This document shows, one piece after another, positions 61,576 through 64,000 of a stretch of DNA of 64,000 bases; positions within the stretch are counted from its first letter, which is position 1, and each line of letters opens with the position of its first letter. Origin of the DNA: Octopus sinensis (Eukaryota). Under the pieces are notes generated by a model that was not told where the DNA came from, did no database searches, and saw nothing but the letters and a program-made list of their open reading frames with translations. Location: contig NC_042998.1 of NCBI RefSeq assembly GCF_006345805.1, positions 163,866,001 through 163,930,000 on the forward strand. Direction: 5' to 3'. The translations under genes were made by a program, and so were the position numbers.

Positions 61576-62836
61576 TAAACCTGTGGTTGTAAGCTGTGAT
61601 TGTTAGTTACCTGTGGTTGTAAGCTGCGATCAGATGCAATATTAAAGAAAAAATGTTGGGGTTCTGTTGAAGTATGGATGACCAATTTTGATGATTTGGA
61701 GTAAAATGGTAAAATGGTTTGATAACAGTGGTGTTAATTCATGTTAATACATGAAGCAATCAATTCAACCCTTGAAACCTCTAGATTTGAAAGAAAAGAA
61801 AAGTGTGGGGTAACCATACCATCGTCTCTTTTTATATGGATATATATATATATATATACATATACGAATGTAAAACATTTTTATTTTTGATTATTTCTAA
61901 CAATGAGATATTGTTAGTTATTGGGAACATGTTTATATTGAATAAAAATTAATTTAAAATCCAATTTTATTTAATTAATTAATTAATTAATTAGTAAACT
62001 CTAAAACCAAAATGATTATTATAAAGAATTTTATTACCATAATTTTCTTGTTTGTGTGCTTTATTTCTCTTGTTGTGTAACCCCAGGTTGTGATTCAACA
62101 GACCTACGATATATAAGCAGTTCTCTAAAGACTAGCCTCGTGTGACCCATAGATATATATGTAATATATATATATAATATATATATGGTTCCAGATATAA
62201 CTTTCTTGTACCTAACCATCTACAATTGGTTAGTAGGAGAGTATCCACATAGAGGTGTTTGATAGCATTTTGGCGTTCATTGTTATTGGTTTCAAATTTT
62301 GGCAGAAGGCCAGAGATTTGAGGGCAGGAAGTAAGTTGATTACATCGACCCCACTGATCAACTGGTACTTAATTTATCAACCCCCAAAAGGATGAAAGAC
62401 AAAGTCGACCATGGCGGAATTTGAACTCAGAATGTAAAGACGGACTAAATGCTGCTAAGCATTTTGCCCAGCATGCTAATGATTCTGTTAGCTTGCTGCC
62501 TTTCTAATGACTGATAATAATATTAATAATTGTTTCTTTATTTATATTTTATCTATATATATATAATAAAATAATAGTAATCCTTTCTACTACAGGTAAA
62601 AGGCCTGAAATTTGGGGGAGGGGGCTAGTTGATTATGTCAGCCTCAGTGCTCAACTGGTACTTATTTCATCGAATCCAAAAGGATGAAAGGCAATATTGA
62701 CTTTGGTGGAATTTGAACTCAAAATAGAGGAAATGCCACTAAGCATTTTGCCTGGCATGCTAACAATTCTGGCAGCTCACCGCCTTTCTAATGAGTGATA
62801 ATATTATTAATTGTTTTTTTGTTTATATTTTATATA

Positions 62837-63349
62837 TCTATATATATAAAACTGTAGTTGTGTGAGTGTCTGTCCCCTTCGATTTAGATTCCTAACTACT
62901 CCCACATTTTGCGGTGCAGTGTAACCAAATTCGGGTATCTTATAGTCGTGATTCATATCGAGCCCGTCTGGCTATTAGCGTGCGTCTACGATGAGTCTAC
63001 GATTTTAAAAATAATTTAACATTATTTTTTATTCCATTTTAATGCATAATTTTTCGTGTGTCGATGGCGGCGGAGTTGGCGTCCATGGTCACACCTGCAC
63101 CTGTTTGCTTCTCTCCCTTCTTCCCTCCCTCGTGAAGCTGTGGGGAAGGGAGTGTAAGGAAATCAACGTCGTAAAGCGTTGTCAAGGAGACCAGCGTTCT
63201 TTTAGAACAACGACTTAATGGCTTGAAGACACCAAAACAGAAATGGCTAAGAAAGCCCGAATTGGCATCTATAAGGGAAGTAACTCTCTAAAAATGCTTA
63301 TATAGTTATTTCCCTTACAAACCCGAGCAACGCCGGGTGATACTGCTAG
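62837..63349 (+). mobile_element. Non-autonomous Helitron (~510 bp)
   Basis: A|TC 5' end; 3' hairpin CCCGAGCAACGCCGGG followed by CTAG|T; no TSD. Confidence 0.7.
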
Positions 63350-64000
63350 TTTATTTATATAACAATAGTAATAATAAGGAGAACTTTTTATACTATAGGC
63401 ACATGACTTGAAATTTTGTGGAAGCAGGCTAATTGTCACATTGACCCCAGTGTTCAACTGTTAATTATTTTATTGACCCCGAAAGGATGAAAAGCAAAGT
63501 CGACCTTGGTGGTGTCTAAACCCAGAATATCAAATTGGAAGTAATGCTGAAAAGCATTATACCATCAGAATTATCCTTATCAACTTCATCATTGTTTTGG
63601 ATAGCATTTGACAAGTCATAAAGCCAGTATTCCCTGAGAAAGTCTAGCCAGTTAATCAATTCAATGAATCCTAACATATTACTGGTACTCATTATTCCCT
63701 GAGAGATAATATAAAAGAAAATAGTCAAACCCTGGAGTATTTGAACTCTGTAATCTGATACAACTAATAAGATACAAGAAAACCACATTAGTGTTTTGTA
63801 GGATGTTATAGAGCACTTGTCCATTTCTATAAGGAACATTAACCTAGTGACCTAATAAGAAGTACAAGTATATGCTCTGAAAATATACTATCCAAAATAA
63901 GAAAGTGGGTGGCTTGGGACTAGGGGTGCAAGTGCACCTCCTAAAGGTTTTGGTGGGTGCATAATGAAAATTTGCTCCCGTACTGATTTTTCTCAGGTTT

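Noticed and set aside
63516-63839. 107-aa minus-strand ORF
   Set aside because: No recognisable motif or splice context; probably decayed repeat sequence

Overview
AT-rich, repeat-dense animal genomic DNA that reads like an octopus-type cephalopod genome (inferred from the SINE/LINE repertoire and the GC-rich 28S sequence; not confirmed by search). One host gene is present: a + strand SLC27A/FATP-family long/very-long-chain acyl-CoA synthetase. I assembled it by hand from 10 GT-AG coding exons (28423-58591; 1911 nt, 636 aa), and it ends in the peroxisomal signal SKL. The rest is transposon-derived or low-complexity: RTE LINEs, R4/Dong-like and CRE-like restriction-like-endonuclease (RLE) LINEs, Penelope-like pieces, two Gypsy remnants, mariner, Tc1, piggyBac, Helitrons, several SINE families and microsatellites. 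Signals the ORF track does not show: (1) a 1.6 kb ITS2-28S rDNA fragment inserted just after the zinc-knuckle codons of a decayed R4/Dong-like LINE in intron 1; (2) at least four unrelated families of type I hammerhead ribozyme motifs, including a ~720 bp palindrome made of two head-to-head tRNA-head + hammerhead units. No CRISPR array, intact tRNA gene or intact rDNA unit was seen.
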